This document shows, in pieces, positions 1 to 10,912 of a DNA stretch of 64,000 nt. The first letter of the stretch is position 1. Each line of letters begins with the position of its first letter. This DNA comes from a virus, in the IMG/VR virus record IMGVR_UViG_3300047666_000603, positions 1 through 64,000 of that record; one strand, given 5' to 3'. The notes under the pieces are model-generated. The model was not told where the DNA came from. It saw only the letters and a program-made list of their open reading frames with translations, and did no database searches. The position numbers were made by a program, and so were the translations under genes.

Positions 1-124
1 TGAGTATTGTGATGGTTGATGGTGTTTTTTCATTCTTAGAAGCTCATGTTTTAGGTTGTTTAATCCTTGCCGCGATTTTTCTTCTATTGCTGTTAGAATG
101 TTTAGGAATGGGGCGGAGTAGTTT

Positions 125-523
125 TTACTTTCCTCTGACAGCTTTCTTGCTTGTGTAGCTTTCATACCAAAATTTAATAGGTGTGTTATTTTCTTTTATG
201 ATTCCGTAGTCTAGGGCCATTCTGTATGCTGCGCTATCTCTTTGTAGTCTTTGTGTTTGCAGGTTTATTTCATTACGAAATTGCTCTAATGTCCATGTGC
301 TTTTCCATCTATTGCATCTGGCGCAGCTTGGGTTAAAGTTGGTTTCTTCGTGTTCACCTTTAGTGACACCCCACCTTTTACAGTCTTCTTCCGTACCATT
401 ATGCCAATGTGGTTTTATGTGGTCTATTTGCATTTGCTTATATTCCAATTCTACACCGCAATAGGCGCAACATTTGTTGTACTTATTCCAAACACGATTT
501 CTTATTTCTTTCTTTATATGCAT
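125..523 (-). CDS. HNH endonuclease
   Basis: CAYCG...IDHIKP...NPSCARCNRWK zinc-binding HNH pattern. Confidence 0.85.
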   Translation of the reverse strand: MHIKKEIRNRVWNKYNKCCAYCGVELEYKQMQIDHIKPHWHNGTEEDCKRWGVTKGEHEETNFNPSCARCNRWKSTWTLEQFRNEINLQTQRLQRDSAAYRMALDYGIIKENNTPIKFWYESYTSKKAVRGK

Positions 524-785
524 ATCGTAAAAAAAAATTAGATGGAGAGCAGTTTCTTTATGTCTTCATTTATGTAGTCGTATGCTCTTTCTATTTCATT
601 AAATTCTGATGTTCCCTCTGTTCTTTTTCTCATGTCTTGGGCTATTCTTTGTCTATAACCTAGTAGTCTCATTAAGTTGGGTATGAGGTGTTCTGTTTCT
701 ACTTGGGAGGCTGATTGTATCTTAGCCCATTTGTCGTTGTATGCTGATTCCATTGTTTTTGTGTTGTTTTAGATGTTGCGGGGAT

Positions 786-1121
786 TTAATAATGCCTTAC
801 AAGTGTGTACACGCCTCCTCTCTCAGCTTCTTTGCCCATAATCAGTGCGCGAAGAAATTCAAAGCTATCGCTATCAAATTCCATAACACTCTCAGACCAT
901 TGGCCTCCATGAATACTATACGCTTGGCGTATTAAACTAACACATTCATGTTTTGTGTTTTCACACAGGAACAGGCGTGTTTTCATTCCATATCCTGATT
1001 CATCTCTGTATTCGTAGCACTCTACAATTCCATCTCGGCATGAAAGGAATGAGTTTACATCTGATTCTTTTGTTTCTTCTTTGTCGAGGAATAGTTTATC
1101 TCCTCTATTTAGTTTATCCAT
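786..1121 (-). CDS. hypothetical phage protein
   Basis: 111-aa ATG ORF in tightly packed minus-strand run. Confidence 0.55.
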   Translation of the reverse strand: MDKLNRGDKLFLDKEETKESDVNSFLSCRDGIVECYEYRDESGYGMKTRLFLCENTKHECVSLIRQAYSIHGGQWSESVMEFDSDSFEFLRALIMGKEAERGGVYTLVRHY

Positions 1122-2550
1122 TTGTTTATAATTTGCGGGGATTACTTAACCCTTAGTTTCTGAGGGTTTGAGTATGGGGTGTAGTCTTTATCGTATTTCC
1201 ATAGTTTAGGTGTATTAGCTCCCCGTCTTTCTGGATTGTTAAGAAAAAATCCACATCCATTGTCAAATATCCAATTAATCCAGTCACAACTCGTTGGTCT
1301 TAAATCGTAAACAATTCTTTTAACACTTCCATTTCTATATAGGCCAAGTATCTCATCTCCCAAGTTTGGATGGTATTGGTTTATATCCTTCCAACTGTCG
1401 TTTAAATTTTCTATGAGCTTCATTTCTTTGTGTTTTTACTTATTGCGGGAGGTCTTAACGGGGATTTCTCCCATCCAAATCATTCTATCGTATTCCTCAT
1501 TCATTTTATGAGTAATGCGTATTCCAATGGAGTGTGGACTAGCGTAGTCTTCCACTAGGGAGTCTATGTCTTTCTGAGCCTCTTCTAGTTGCTTTTGTTG
1601 CTTTAGATAGAGGGGATGGGATTTAATGTATTTCTCTATGTGTTTTCTTAGTAGCTTCATTTCTTTGTGTTTTTAATTTTTGCGGGGATTGATGTGGGGT
1701 ATTTAGCTGTGAGTACCGCGTGATGAGGACAAAACCATAAAAACCCTTTGTAATAACCCTTGTAATTCCTGTAGTAATTCCACTTAGTCTCCTCTCCACA
1801 CATTATACACTCCCCTGTAATTTCTGACCCTGTAATTTCTATTTCTTTAGTCTTCATCGGGGCTTATTGGGTGAATATACACATTATTTTCTTCTATTCC
1901 GTATTTATTTATAGCGTCTGTTTTCGCATAGAAATATTCTTCCACGAAATTTTTTATGTCGCTTCTGTCTGGTATCTGATCGCAATAGGATGCTATTAGG
2001 CATTCGTGTCTAAAGTCGTCTATTATTCTGCTTAATGTGTCTATGTCCTCTTTCATATCTTTAATATTTCCTTTATTTTACCCTTTACCCCTATAGGAAT
2101 ATCCCTAATTTCAGAAACGGTTAGTAATACTTCTTGCGCTTCCGCCAACTTATTTCTAAGACTCATTACCTCTGTAAATAGCAACTCTTTCTCTAAGGTA
2201 TCTACTGTTTTGTGATGACAGTCGTATTGATTCATTTTTTTTTATTATCAAGGTTCACTACTTCTGGGTATATTTCCCCTATATTATCAGGAGTCACCAT
2301 TTGCTTTCCGTTATAGAAAGCCCATTCGTTTTTAGGAGACTCACTCTTCACTTTGTTAAGTATTTTCACAAACTTTTCATATGTCATTTCGTCCAATCTT
2401 TTTCTAATGTTATTTCTATTTCGTAATGGGAGCTTTCTATTTCTCCGCAGCCAAGATAGTATTCTTTTCCCGTTTGACGAAGAAGAATGCCAGTTATTAT
2501 TCTTTCTAGCTGTGAGGGGTCTGTCTTGAGGTATACGATTTGTCCTAGCT

Positions 2551-2913
2551 TCATTTCTTATGGGTTTTAGATTTATGACAAGGCTTACAAAGCACTTGGT
2601 AGCCCTCAACATCCTCACAGAATAACCTTTCTACAAAGCCTTTTAGGTCGTCTCCGTTACGTAGGCTGCCAGCTTCAATTTTGTGATCTACGTTTATATT
2701 CTTTTGCGGGTGATGCTTCTTACATTCCGCGCACAAAAACTCCCATTTCTGCCTCTTATTATTGCCTTTGTAGGGTCTACGGGCTTGCTCACGGGCTTGT
2801 TTAATGGGAAGCCAATACATTGTGCGGCGGCGGAGTGTTGAGCGTATCATCCCCCAGAAAGCCGCGTTACTCATTGTGCCGCCATTTCTTGTTTTTTCTA
2901 CACGTCTACCCAT
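2551..2913 (-). CDS. HNH-type endonuclease
   Basis: CAECKK...VDHK...QVLCKPCHKSKT. Confidence 0.75.
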   Translation of the reverse strand: MGRRVEKTRNGGTMSNAAFWGMIRSTLRRRTMYWLPIKQAREQARRPYKGNNKRQKWEFLCAECKKHHPQKNINVDHKIEAGSLRNGDDLKGFVERLFCEDVEGYQVLCKPCHKSKTHKK

Positions 2914-3363
2914 TTATCATTCATTTAAAACTTATATTTGTATGCCGAACTTCTACTTTCTTCAATCTCTTCCTTGCTTCTTGTTTTGATATTTAGCTTA
3001 GGCACTTCAAACCTACTCCCGCACTCACTACACTTCTTACCAACCTCAACTATTACCTTGTCGCATTTAGGACACCATGTTTGAAATCGCTTGTAGTTAG
3101 ATTTCATTTTCCTTATTAAACTCTGAATACGCCTTTTTAAATCCAATAGCCTCACCACTTCTTCTTATCATTGTTGTTCCAATAGTATACATCGGAACAA
3201 TAAAAACCCAAAACTGCCAAGAAATAAAGTTATAGTTAATCATCAGACTACCTGAAAAGAGTATTATTAATGATCCTAGAAACTCACTCTTGCTTAAACT
3301 ATTGAGTATCTTTCTCATAATTTTATTGCTGTCCATTTATTCTTATTTACTGTTGTGCGATTA

Positions 3364-3981
3364 TTATTTAACAAAACTTAAAACCCTATCTATCTCTACT
3401 TTCTCTTGTCTTGAGGGAGCCACTAACTCATAATCACTACTTAAAGCCTCATATTTCTCTTTGTATTCTTCCTTTCTTTTTCTCTCTCGAACGAGGTTTG
3501 CCTCTACAACTCCCTTTTCCTCCGCCATTTTAGCTAAAAGAATCATTTGCTCGTCCATCTTACGCTCCATCCTATTTATTTTCTGCTCGATAATTTTTGT
3601 GTCCTCAAGGATGATTTGGCTCATATCTTTTGACTTGTCTGTTAATTGCCTCCTAAATTGCTTTATGTGAGGAAGGAAGTCTTCATAATGCTGTTGCATA
3701 GTGCGGGAGGATGGGTCTTTTAGCTCCTTGGAGTTATTCCAAGACTTAATGCTATGTATAATTGTAGCGTGATTTTGCCCAAAAACTTTTCCTGTCATTA
3801 TTAATGTGAGCCAAAGTTCTTTGTGTATTATTGCTGTAAGCACTTGCCTAGCTAATATTACGCGTCTCTTGCGGCAAACGGAAAGCATATCCACCCCGTA
3901 ATTCCTTCCCATCTCCCGCACTAAAACCTTTAGATTCAATAAAAGCTTCTTCTCCGTAACATCCTCCATTATGTTTTCCAT
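3364..3981 (-). CDS. DnaA domain IV-like HTH protein with C-terminal coiled coil
   Basis: RKRRVILARQV...TGKVFGQNHATIIHSIK resembles the DnaA C-terminal signature (R..ARQ..IG..FG.RDHSTV.HA); no AAA+ domain. Confidence 0.7.
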   Translation of the reverse strand: MENIMEDVTEKKLLLNLKVLVREMGRNYGVDMLSVCRKRRVILARQVLTAIIHKELWLTLIMTGKVFGQNHATIIHSIKSWNNSKELKDPSSRTMQQHYEDFLPHIKQFRRQLTDKSKDMSQIILEDTKIIEQKINRMERKMDEQMILLAKMAEEKGVVEANLVRERKRKEEYKEKYEALSSDYELVAPSRQEKVEIDRVLSFVK

Positions 3982-5457
3982 TTATTGTTTGTTTAATGTT
4001 TCTCTAATTTCCGTTAATGTTATTTGGTTTTTAAACTCACCATTAACGTATATTGTCTTTAATTCCCCGCCCTCATCTTCACGAGAAACAGATTGTATTA
4101 AAAAATAATCTTCACCATCTTTTTCGACTCTAAGGAGTCCTTTAGCTGATTTTTTGTCACCACTATCTGTTATTGGGTCTTTAAAAATTTCTCTTCCCTC
4201 TCCGCTCACCTCTATATAAGTGGCCTTCATAGCAAACCCATAAGTGTCTCTTGTGTTAAATTGGTAGGTGAATGAGCCGATACCTAATATAATATTGGTG
4301 CTTGCAAACCCCTTTTCAGCCAATCTAAGGCATATTTGTTGCGCTCTATCCACTGTTATACTATCCCCATATATAGCTCCTATATGAGGGTCTAACACCT
4401 TAAATCCCTGCTCATTAATAGTACCACCAAAGATGTCCCAAAGTAATTCTATTACTCCTTTATGTTCTGGTTTTAAACCATTACCTCCGTATGATTCTCT
4501 TTCCTGTTTACTTGAACCTCTACCACAAATAATATCAACAGGATCACCACTATCAGGACGGATAACCACTTTCCCATCACGGGAAAGAATTTCATCTTTA
4601 AGAACGGGTAAATACTCTGTAAGTACTTTCCATAAGTTCCAAGTGTCGCTTACAACAGAAAGAATGCCTACAGGAAATTGATTAAGCAAATACCTAAAAG
4701 TTCCTATCTCATCATCTTTCGTTCCTGCGCTCATAACGCTATGCTCTGTTGCGTTAACTGAATGAACAACATCACCCACCTCGTCGTAGTATTTTCGCGC
4801 CCCATGAATAGTGGGCAACCCGTCAGACCCTTTAAATGATGTAGCGTGGCCTAATCCACTAGAAATTGAAGCGTCAATAGAGTCCATCCCACGCATTGAG
4901 AAATCATGCCCCTGAAAATCCACAAACCCTAAATTGCCTGAGTCTGTTGTTTCGGCCCAAAATAAAAGCGTACCCTTATATATATTCGCAATAGTAGCGG
5001 AGGTTATGGGCTTCCATAAGAGGTTGCTAATTAGCGTCTCAAGATAATTTGTAATCCAATAAAAATCAGGGTGCGTATTTACAACCGTAAGAACAGGGAT
5101 GCCAATAGGCACAATCTCACCCTCTTTTATCCCCTTCACTTCAATGGGTAAATAGCCTAAATCATGCAGGCTCTCGAAGTGAGAAACGTCATAATTAGTA
5201 AATAGGTGCGCGGAAAACTCTCGCTTCAACTCCCCACAAACCTCTTCTTTTGGTTTTGAAAAGAATCCTTCGTTAAACATCTCATTAATCTTCCTTACAA
5301 CCATTTGTTGACCAAAGCTCACCACTCCGCTCAATCCTGCTTTTAAAGCGTGTCTATTACTTCTAGGTGTAAAATTGCTATACACTAATGTTGTTCCTTT
5401 CGGGTACATTAAGTGATGTCCTAATTTGTACGAGTCTGTTGCTAGTAATGGATTCAT
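3982..5457 (-). CDS. nicotinamide phosphoribosyltransferase family (Nampt/Namat-like)
   Basis: TDSYKLGH, HDFSMRG, ATEHSVM, SVVSDTWN, VIRPDSGDP, IYGDSIT, FAMKAT, KDPITDSGDKKSAKG. Confidence 0.93.
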   Translation of the reverse strand: MNPLLATDSYKLGHHLMYPKGTTLVYSNFTPRSNRHALKAGLSGVVSFGQQMVVRKINEMFNEGFFSKPKEEVCGELKREFSAHLFTNYDVSHFESLHDLGYLPIEVKGIKEGEIVPIGIPVLTVVNTHPDFYWITNYLETLISNLLWKPITSATIANIYKGTLLFWAETTDSGNLGFVDFQGHDFSMRGMDSIDASISSGLGHATSFKGSDGLPTIHGARKYYDEVGDVVHSVNATEHSVMSAGTKDDEIGTFRYLLNQFPVGILSVVSDTWNLWKVLTEYLPVLKDEILSRDGKVVIRPDSGDPVDIICGRGSSKQERESYGGNGLKPEHKGVIELLWDIFGGTINEQGFKVLDPHIGAIYGDSITVDRAQQICLRLAEKGFASTNIILGIGSFTYQFNTRDTYGFAMKATYIEVSGEGREIFKDPITDSGDKKSAKGLLRVEKDGEDYFLIQSVSREDEGGELKTIYVNGEFKNQITLTEIRETLNKQ

Positions 5458-5837
5458 TTGTATATTTCTTTTTTAAATTCTGTTAGTATTTCAATAGACT
5501 CATTTAACCCCGCCTTATCATCAAGAAGAATATTAAAGAATGGTTTATCTCCGTTACCGATTATTACAGGCGACCTATTTACGTAGTCAAAATTTATATC
5601 TAACGAATGTAGTATAAATTCCTTGTATTTCAAAGAAGAATTGTCAGAAACAGTGTAAATACAAAGAACAATGTCTTCTTTTTTAAACGATTTTATAAGG
5701 CTTTGAACCCTCGCGCACCTTTCCTCTATGTATTCTGATATTGTTAATGGGAAAATAGTGTCATCAAAATCAAGACCTATAATTATTTTACGGTGTTCAG
5801 AGAACGTTCTAATCAATTTTTCTGTCTCGTACCTCAT
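5454..5837 (-). CDS. HAD-superfamily phosphatase-like protein
   Basis: IGLDFDDTI (DxDxT motif I), KPFFNILLDDKAG. Confidence 0.7.
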   Translation of the reverse strand: MRYETEKLIRTFSEHRKIIIGLDFDDTIFPLTISEYIEERCARVQSLIKSFKKEDIVLCIYTVSDNSSLKYKEFILHSLDINFDYVNRSPVIIGNGDKPFFNILLDDKAGLNESIEILTEFKKEIYK

Positions 5838-6625
5838 ATCACTTTTGTTTGAGATACTAATGGGTTACTTATTTCTTTCACTGAATTTGTTGTTAGTATT
5901 CCCTTAAAATGTTTACCCAATTCATCGAACCCCTTACTAAATATACCATGTGTCACCCATAGAAATAAGTCCCCTCGAAATCCAGACATGGTTAATTGCT
6001 TAGATATTTCCACAAAAGTTCTACCTCCATCGCAAATATCATCTACAATTAAAGCCCTTTCAAATTTAGGTGTCTTACTTAATTTTGTGTGGGTGATTTC
6101 CCCACTTAATGATCTAATCTTTTCGCAAGACACAAAGTCTATGTCTAAATTTCCTGACGTGATTTTATTTAAAAACTCACAAAACGCCCAAACTTTTTTG
6201 TAAGCCCCAAAGTCAGGTGAAATTATGCTTATTCCATATTCCAATCCATTAGTTATCTTCACCACCTCATCAAGAATCATGGGAAATACGTCCATTTGCT
6301 CAAGATTGTCCACGGCGTTCTCTAAAGCCATTGAATGAGGGTCTATCGTAATCACCTTACTAAACCCTTGAGCGTTTATTAATGGGGCTAAAACATCCTT
6401 TACATAGTTTATTCCACCATCTTCAAAAGCCCTGTCGCTTCTACCGCCCATTATGTACGGGGCGTAAAGAGTTATTTTTTCTAATCCGTATCTTTTTAGC
6501 GCAACGCTTTTTACTATCATGTGTTGAAAATCTTCCCAAGAGGCCAATCTTGTTTGTATTTCACTATCATCATCGTCTTCCGCTCTATAAAGTAACTGTC
6601 CGTCTGGAAATTCTGTTAGTATCAT
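5834..6625 (-). CDS. ribose-phosphate pyrophosphokinase family (Prs/Adps-like)
   Basis: FPDGQ, PYIMGGRSDR, IDPHS, SPDFGA, IVDDICDGGRTF, VTHGIFSKG. Confidence 0.9.
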   Translation of the reverse strand: MILTEFPDGQLLYRAEDDDDSEIQTRLASWEDFQHMIVKSVALKRYGLEKITLYAPYIMGGRSDRAFEDGGINYVKDVLAPLINAQGFSKVITIDPHSMALENAVDNLEQMDVFPMILDEVVKITNGLEYGISIISPDFGAYKKVWAFCEFLNKITSGNLDIDFVSCEKIRSLSGEITHTKLSKTPKFERALIVDDICDGGRTFVEISKQLTMSGFRGDLFLWVTHGIFSKGFDELGKHFKGILTTNSVKEISNPLVSQTKVI

Positions 6626-6627
6626 AT

Positions 6628-7158
6628 CTATTTGTTTAAATAACGCGGGAGTTCATATCCAACCCAAAACCCCGCTCTGTTTGCAAATGTATAACATATC
6701 ACCCGTAATACAAAGGTTTTCCAGTTATTTTCACACCTCGGCATTAATAAAAACGTTGCTCCTATGCTGAAATTCCTCAATGTTCTTAAAGCGTGATAGG
6801 CATCTGTTCCTCCCACGAATACAGTGGTGCTTCCAATGAATGCGGGGCCGTCACTCACCTCTCTATTCTTGTATTTGTTCTTCCAAGAAATGTCGGGGTT
6901 GTGCCAAGCGTCATTAACATCCCCGTAGAACGCCTCATAGCTTGCGTAGTCCCATTTCGTGATTTCCGCTGTGCCATCTGCCCATCCCGCTAGAAACATA
7001 GCTGAGGAAGCCCAAATGTCTTTCTTATCTAGCTTCCACCAATTGTCTTGGGCGGAAAGTGATGTTGAAAATAAAATACCAACCAAAATCAAAATTATTG
7101 CTAATAGCAAAAATTTAATGTCAAGCAACCCCTCCTCTATCGGGTCTTTGTCTTTCAT
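6628..7158 (-). CDS. putative membrane/exported protein
   Basis: N-terminal hydrophobic segment ending LSA-Q and further hydrophobic stretches. Confidence 0.55.
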   Translation of the reverse strand: MKDKDPIEEGLLDIKFLLLAIILILVGILFSTSLSAQDNWWKLDKKDIWASSAMFLAGWADGTAEITKWDYASYEAFYGDVNDAWHNPDISWKNKYKNREVSDGPAFIGSTTVFVGGTDAYHALRTLRNFSIGATFLLMPRCENNWKTFVLRVICYTFANRAGFWVGYELPRYLNK

Positions 7159-7511
7159 TTCTCTATGTTTTTAGGTGGGGTGGGAAGAGGCATCCAATGG
7201 GTAGGTATTACTCCACACTCCCCGTTATCCCATAAATCATCATCTGTTTCGCTGTAATAAGCAGCATCAGTCCAGTTGTCACGATTATTACATACTAAAA
7301 ACTTCCAATTTTTAAGAACCTCTTTATTTGTTGGGAGCCTATCCTCAACGCTTATCCATTTATTTTTTTTCCTTAAGCTATCGAAATAATGATTTATAGC
7401 TTTAGGTATTACGGACGAGTGGTGACAAGCTTTTGTAGCTAATTCATCATAATGCTCTAAAGCATCCCTTCGCAAATCTTCTAGTGGTGTTTGACACGCT
7501 CTTTCTTCCAT
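7155..7511 (-). CDS. DUF551-like protein
   Basis: WISVEDRLP...PTHWMPLPTPP. Confidence 0.8.
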   Translation of the reverse strand: MEERACQTPLEDLRRDALEHYDELATKACHHSSVIPKAINHYFDSLRKKNKWISVEDRLPTNKEVLKNWKFLVCNNRDNWTDAAYYSETDDDLWDNGECGVIPTHWMPLPTPPKNIEK

Positions 7512-7533
7512 TACATTAATTTTTGATAAAAAA

Positions 7534-8016
7534 TTACACTTGTTGTCTTGATGAAAATAATTCTTCTTTTAATAACGAAATCTTCTGCACACAACTATCC
7601 CTGTAGGACTTACACGTTTGGTAATATCCGTATACGTAATTATACCCCCGCTCTGAAAATATATGCGTTAAAAGAAACGGAGCTATTAACATTCTAGCTT
7701 TATATTTTGCATCATCCACGCTATATCTGTTGCCCGTTGTCTCATTAACCTCACAGCGTAGCCTCTCGTATTCAGAGTTAAATGCTTGTTGATGATTCAT
7801 TTCCGCGAGGTGCTGTATTTCTTTTGCTTTGGCTAATATCTCCCCGATGTGAAATGAGAGGCCGTTGAAGCTATCTTTGACATCACACAATACATGAGGA
7901 TTGTCTTTGTTCTCATTGTATTCTGCTATTGTAGCCTCTAGCTTCCCCTTCACCTTCTCTCCCGTTACATAGGAGAATAAATTGTCTGCCCTCTGTTGTA
8001 ATGTTAATTCACTCAT
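7534..8016 (-). CDS. hypothetical helical protein
   Basis: 160-aa ORF overlapping the upstream ORF stop. Confidence 0.55.
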   Translation of the reverse strand: MSELTLQQRADNLFSYVTGEKVKGKLEATIAEYNENKDNPHVLCDVKDSFNGLSFHIGEILAKAKEIQHLAEMNHQQAFNSEYERLRCEVNETTGNRYSVDDAKYKARMLIAPFLLTHIFSERGYNYVYGYYQTCKSYRDSCVQKISLLKEELFSSRQQV

Positions 8017-8243
8017 AGATTTTCTTTATGTGCCTTTGGCTTGTGATAGATGTTCTTTATATCTTCGTATTTGTAAAGATGAAGGGCTTGGGTGTATTCA
8101 AATGTTTCTCTCTGATCGTCAGACATTTGTGTGTATACACTCTCTCTTCTTATGTTTAAGGCTTTCGCGGCAGAAGAAACACTACTCCCGTCATTCATCA
8201 TTTCAATGAGCCTTTTAAAATCATCATCACTAATTGCTGCCAT
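8013..8243 (-). CDS. small HTH DNA-binding protein
   Basis: GSSVSSAAKALNIRRESVY helix-turn-helix; start taken at MAAISDD. Confidence 0.6.
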   Translation of the reverse strand: MAAISDDDFKRLIEMMNDGSSVSSAAKALNIRRESVYTQMSDDQRETFEYTQALHLYKYEDIKNIYHKPKAHKENL

Positions 8244-8613
8244 TATTTCTTCTTTAGTTTGTCTAATGGGAAAGCAAATTTGCTGCCCATACAAAACACA
8301 ATTGCTGTGTTCTCTTTCTCGTTTATTTCTACAATGCGGCCTTCTGCGGGTGGATACACTCTCTCCCAATCAAGCACCACCATCTCTCCCTTATTCACCC
8401 TTCTTTGGTGTTATAGCTAATTCGTCCAACACTTCTTTCACACGTCGAGAAAAGTTCTCGTTGAGGTTTTTAATGGCGAGGCGGTTAAAGTCTATTTTAT
8501 TAAACATTTTCTCAATGTCCTTTCGGTTGTCTAAAGCCTTCACTAACGATCCCGTTGATATAACCAATGCGGCTAGTGATATAATAAATGTAAATGCTAT
8601 CATTTGTTTTTAA

Positions 8614-9009
8614 TTAGTTTGCTAGAAAATATTCAATAATGTAAAGACGAGGAGCCACTGTTATTTTAATGAAACCCTCTAAGTCTATAAAAAACATAAT
8701 TACCCCTATTATAAAAGAAAATCCGCTTAAAATATAAAGCGGAACACCTAGCTCATCGCTAATTTCTTTCCCTAAGAAATTAATAGTGTAATTATCTCTA
8801 GTTTCTCTTTTTGCTACCGATCTCATAATCAAAGGTAATCCAAACATAAGAAGTAAGGAGATGAAACATCCTAATACGTGTAAAACTGTATGCCACGTAT
8901 AAAATTCCTGCAATAAAATAGGGGCTTGATCTACAACAAATTCTCCTGTTGCTTCTGCTGCGGCCATTGCTTTTTCAATAATGGGCTTTAATTGTTCTTC
9001 GATTGTCAT
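8614..9009 (-). CDS. membrane protein (2 TM)
   Basis: two long hydrophobic segments. Confidence 0.6.
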   Translation of the reverse strand: MTIEEQLKPIIEKAMAAAEATGEFVVDQAPILLQEFYTWHTVLHVLGCFISLLLMFGLPLIMRSVAKRETRDNYTINFLGKEISDELGVPLYILSGFSFIIGVIMFFIDLEGFIKITVAPRLYIIEYFLAN

Positions 9010-10492
9010 CTGTTTTTATTTTGTTTTTGCTAAGTTAATCATTCTTATCAACACTGGCAAGGATTTTATTTAATTCTGTCTCTAAATGCCAAACTTTCAC
9101 CGTCGGGTCTGAATACAATATAGAGAGTGCTTTGTCTTTTGCGGAAGCTTCGTTTGTCGTCACTTGCTTGGAAATGAGGGCCGAAGCCAATGTTCCTCCG
9201 TTGCGGTAGTGATAGGCGTAGCGAAATCCTCGCTTGAGCCAATTATTTATCTCCTGTTCCATTTTCTTCTTCTTTTCTCATGGCTTTTTCCGCAACCTCA
9301 TTAAAAATATACGACACCACTATTAATATAAGAGATGTTCCCGTACATTTAGCATAAAACAATGGGTCACCCCATATCATCGCTATTACAAACCCAATAA
9401 AAGCAAATACGGAAACTATCATAACTATTCCTGTTACGAAAAACACTGTTTTATACGTTTTCATTTTCTTCTTCTCTTATTGTTAAAAACCCTTTTCCTT
9501 CTAGCTCACCAAAACACATTGATACGTTCATACTTCCGTGTGTTTCGTTTAAAACTCTCGTTAAGTCTTCTAGTTCTATTTCCCCATCAGGAATCATCAC
9601 GGTTAGTATTACGTACATTCCCAATGATGAAAGGGTGAGGTTGTTTAATGCGTCTAGCGGGATGGAGACGGTTAGCTCTGTATTCTCTGTCTTTATTTCG
9701 CTCATTACTCTTCTCTTAGTTGTTTTATTGCTTCTTTTATGTGTTTTGGGAGGTGGCCGAGTAGGTGCATTTCCGCCACTACATTATCACCATCACCGCA
9801 CTCATCAACTCTTTCAATCCAATACGGGAGGAAATAGGCTTGCTTAAACTCACCATCCACCTCAAAAGTGACAATACTACCCGCTTGCTCAAACATATCA
9901 AACTGATCTTTTTTTAGCTGTAGCTTCATCTATCTAGTATTTTCCTGAGTTAAGGTGTCCTTTGTAGATGTTTATTGCGCCACTAGTACTGTATGCCGCA
10001 AACATATCACCATCCATGTCACACTTACCTAGAAAAACTATTTTATTAAGTGCATTGGGAGTATCACCAGTTTCACACCATCCCTCAGTGGTGCTTTGAT
10101 AATGCGTAAACTCTAATGGCTTTTCAGATTCCTGAACTACTTCTCCGATTCTAATTACTTCTCTCATTTGTTTTTTTATTATCGGCCACAGAGCCTATAT
10201 TACTTAATATCGGCCCTAGAGCCTATTTATTTTAATTTAGAGCCACTTTCTCTCACGAGTGAGGTGATTGTATTCCTCATTGTCTTTAACTCGTCTAGGA
10301 GCGTCTGAATGTCGTTTCCATAATCCGCCGCCTTATTCGTATAAGCAATCAAAGCGGTTTCTAGGGATGGGTAATAATATTCCACCTTTGTAATTACAGG
10401 CTTTCCCGTGTCAGGATTTATTTCCCCCTCTTCATAGAATTTAAGAATGACATTGTAGCTGTCTCTTTCTATTGTGTAGTTGCTGTCGATTT

Positions 10493-10912
10493 TCATTTAT
10501 TGTTTATTAGTTCATGTATATTCCCCATCACTTCACATTTATTCGCATCGTCCTCGATTGGGTGGCCTCTGTATTTTATCCCTTCTTCTGGCGCGAACCG
10601 AAAGCATCCGTCTTTAAAGTATATGTTTCTTTCTTCTCCCGCCATCCAGCCATATTTCTGCCAATTATCAGGAATACTCACCACATCACCTTCATATATT
10701 TCATTCCCATTCTTGTCGTGTAAACCCGTATATTGGCCGACTGTTTTTTTTGAAACCCTGCATATGTGGTCAAAAGAATACTCATTAGCATTTGTGGGGA
10801 ATATAAATGCTAAATCTTTATTTGGGGAGTCTATACCATCAGTGATTAAGTCTCCATATTCCCATTTCTTTAATACGGGGGATAGTCCACGAAATTTTAT
10901 TTCTCTACTCAT
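10493..10912 (-). CDS. YopX family protein
   Basis: MSREIKFRG...VGQYTGLHDKNGNEIYEGDV...EVMGNIHE. Confidence 0.9.
   Translation of the reverse strand: MSREIKFRGLSPVLKKWEYGDLITDGIDSPNKDLAFIFPTNANEYSFDHICRVSKKTVGQYTGLHDKNGNEIYEGDVVSIPDNWQKYGWMAGEERNIYFKDGCFRFAPEEGIKYRGHPIEDDANKCEVMGNIHELINNK

Noticed and set aside
3337-3363. Minus-strand half site TCGCACAAC-AGTAA-ATAAG
   Set aside because: No matching right arm or partner GTT was found.
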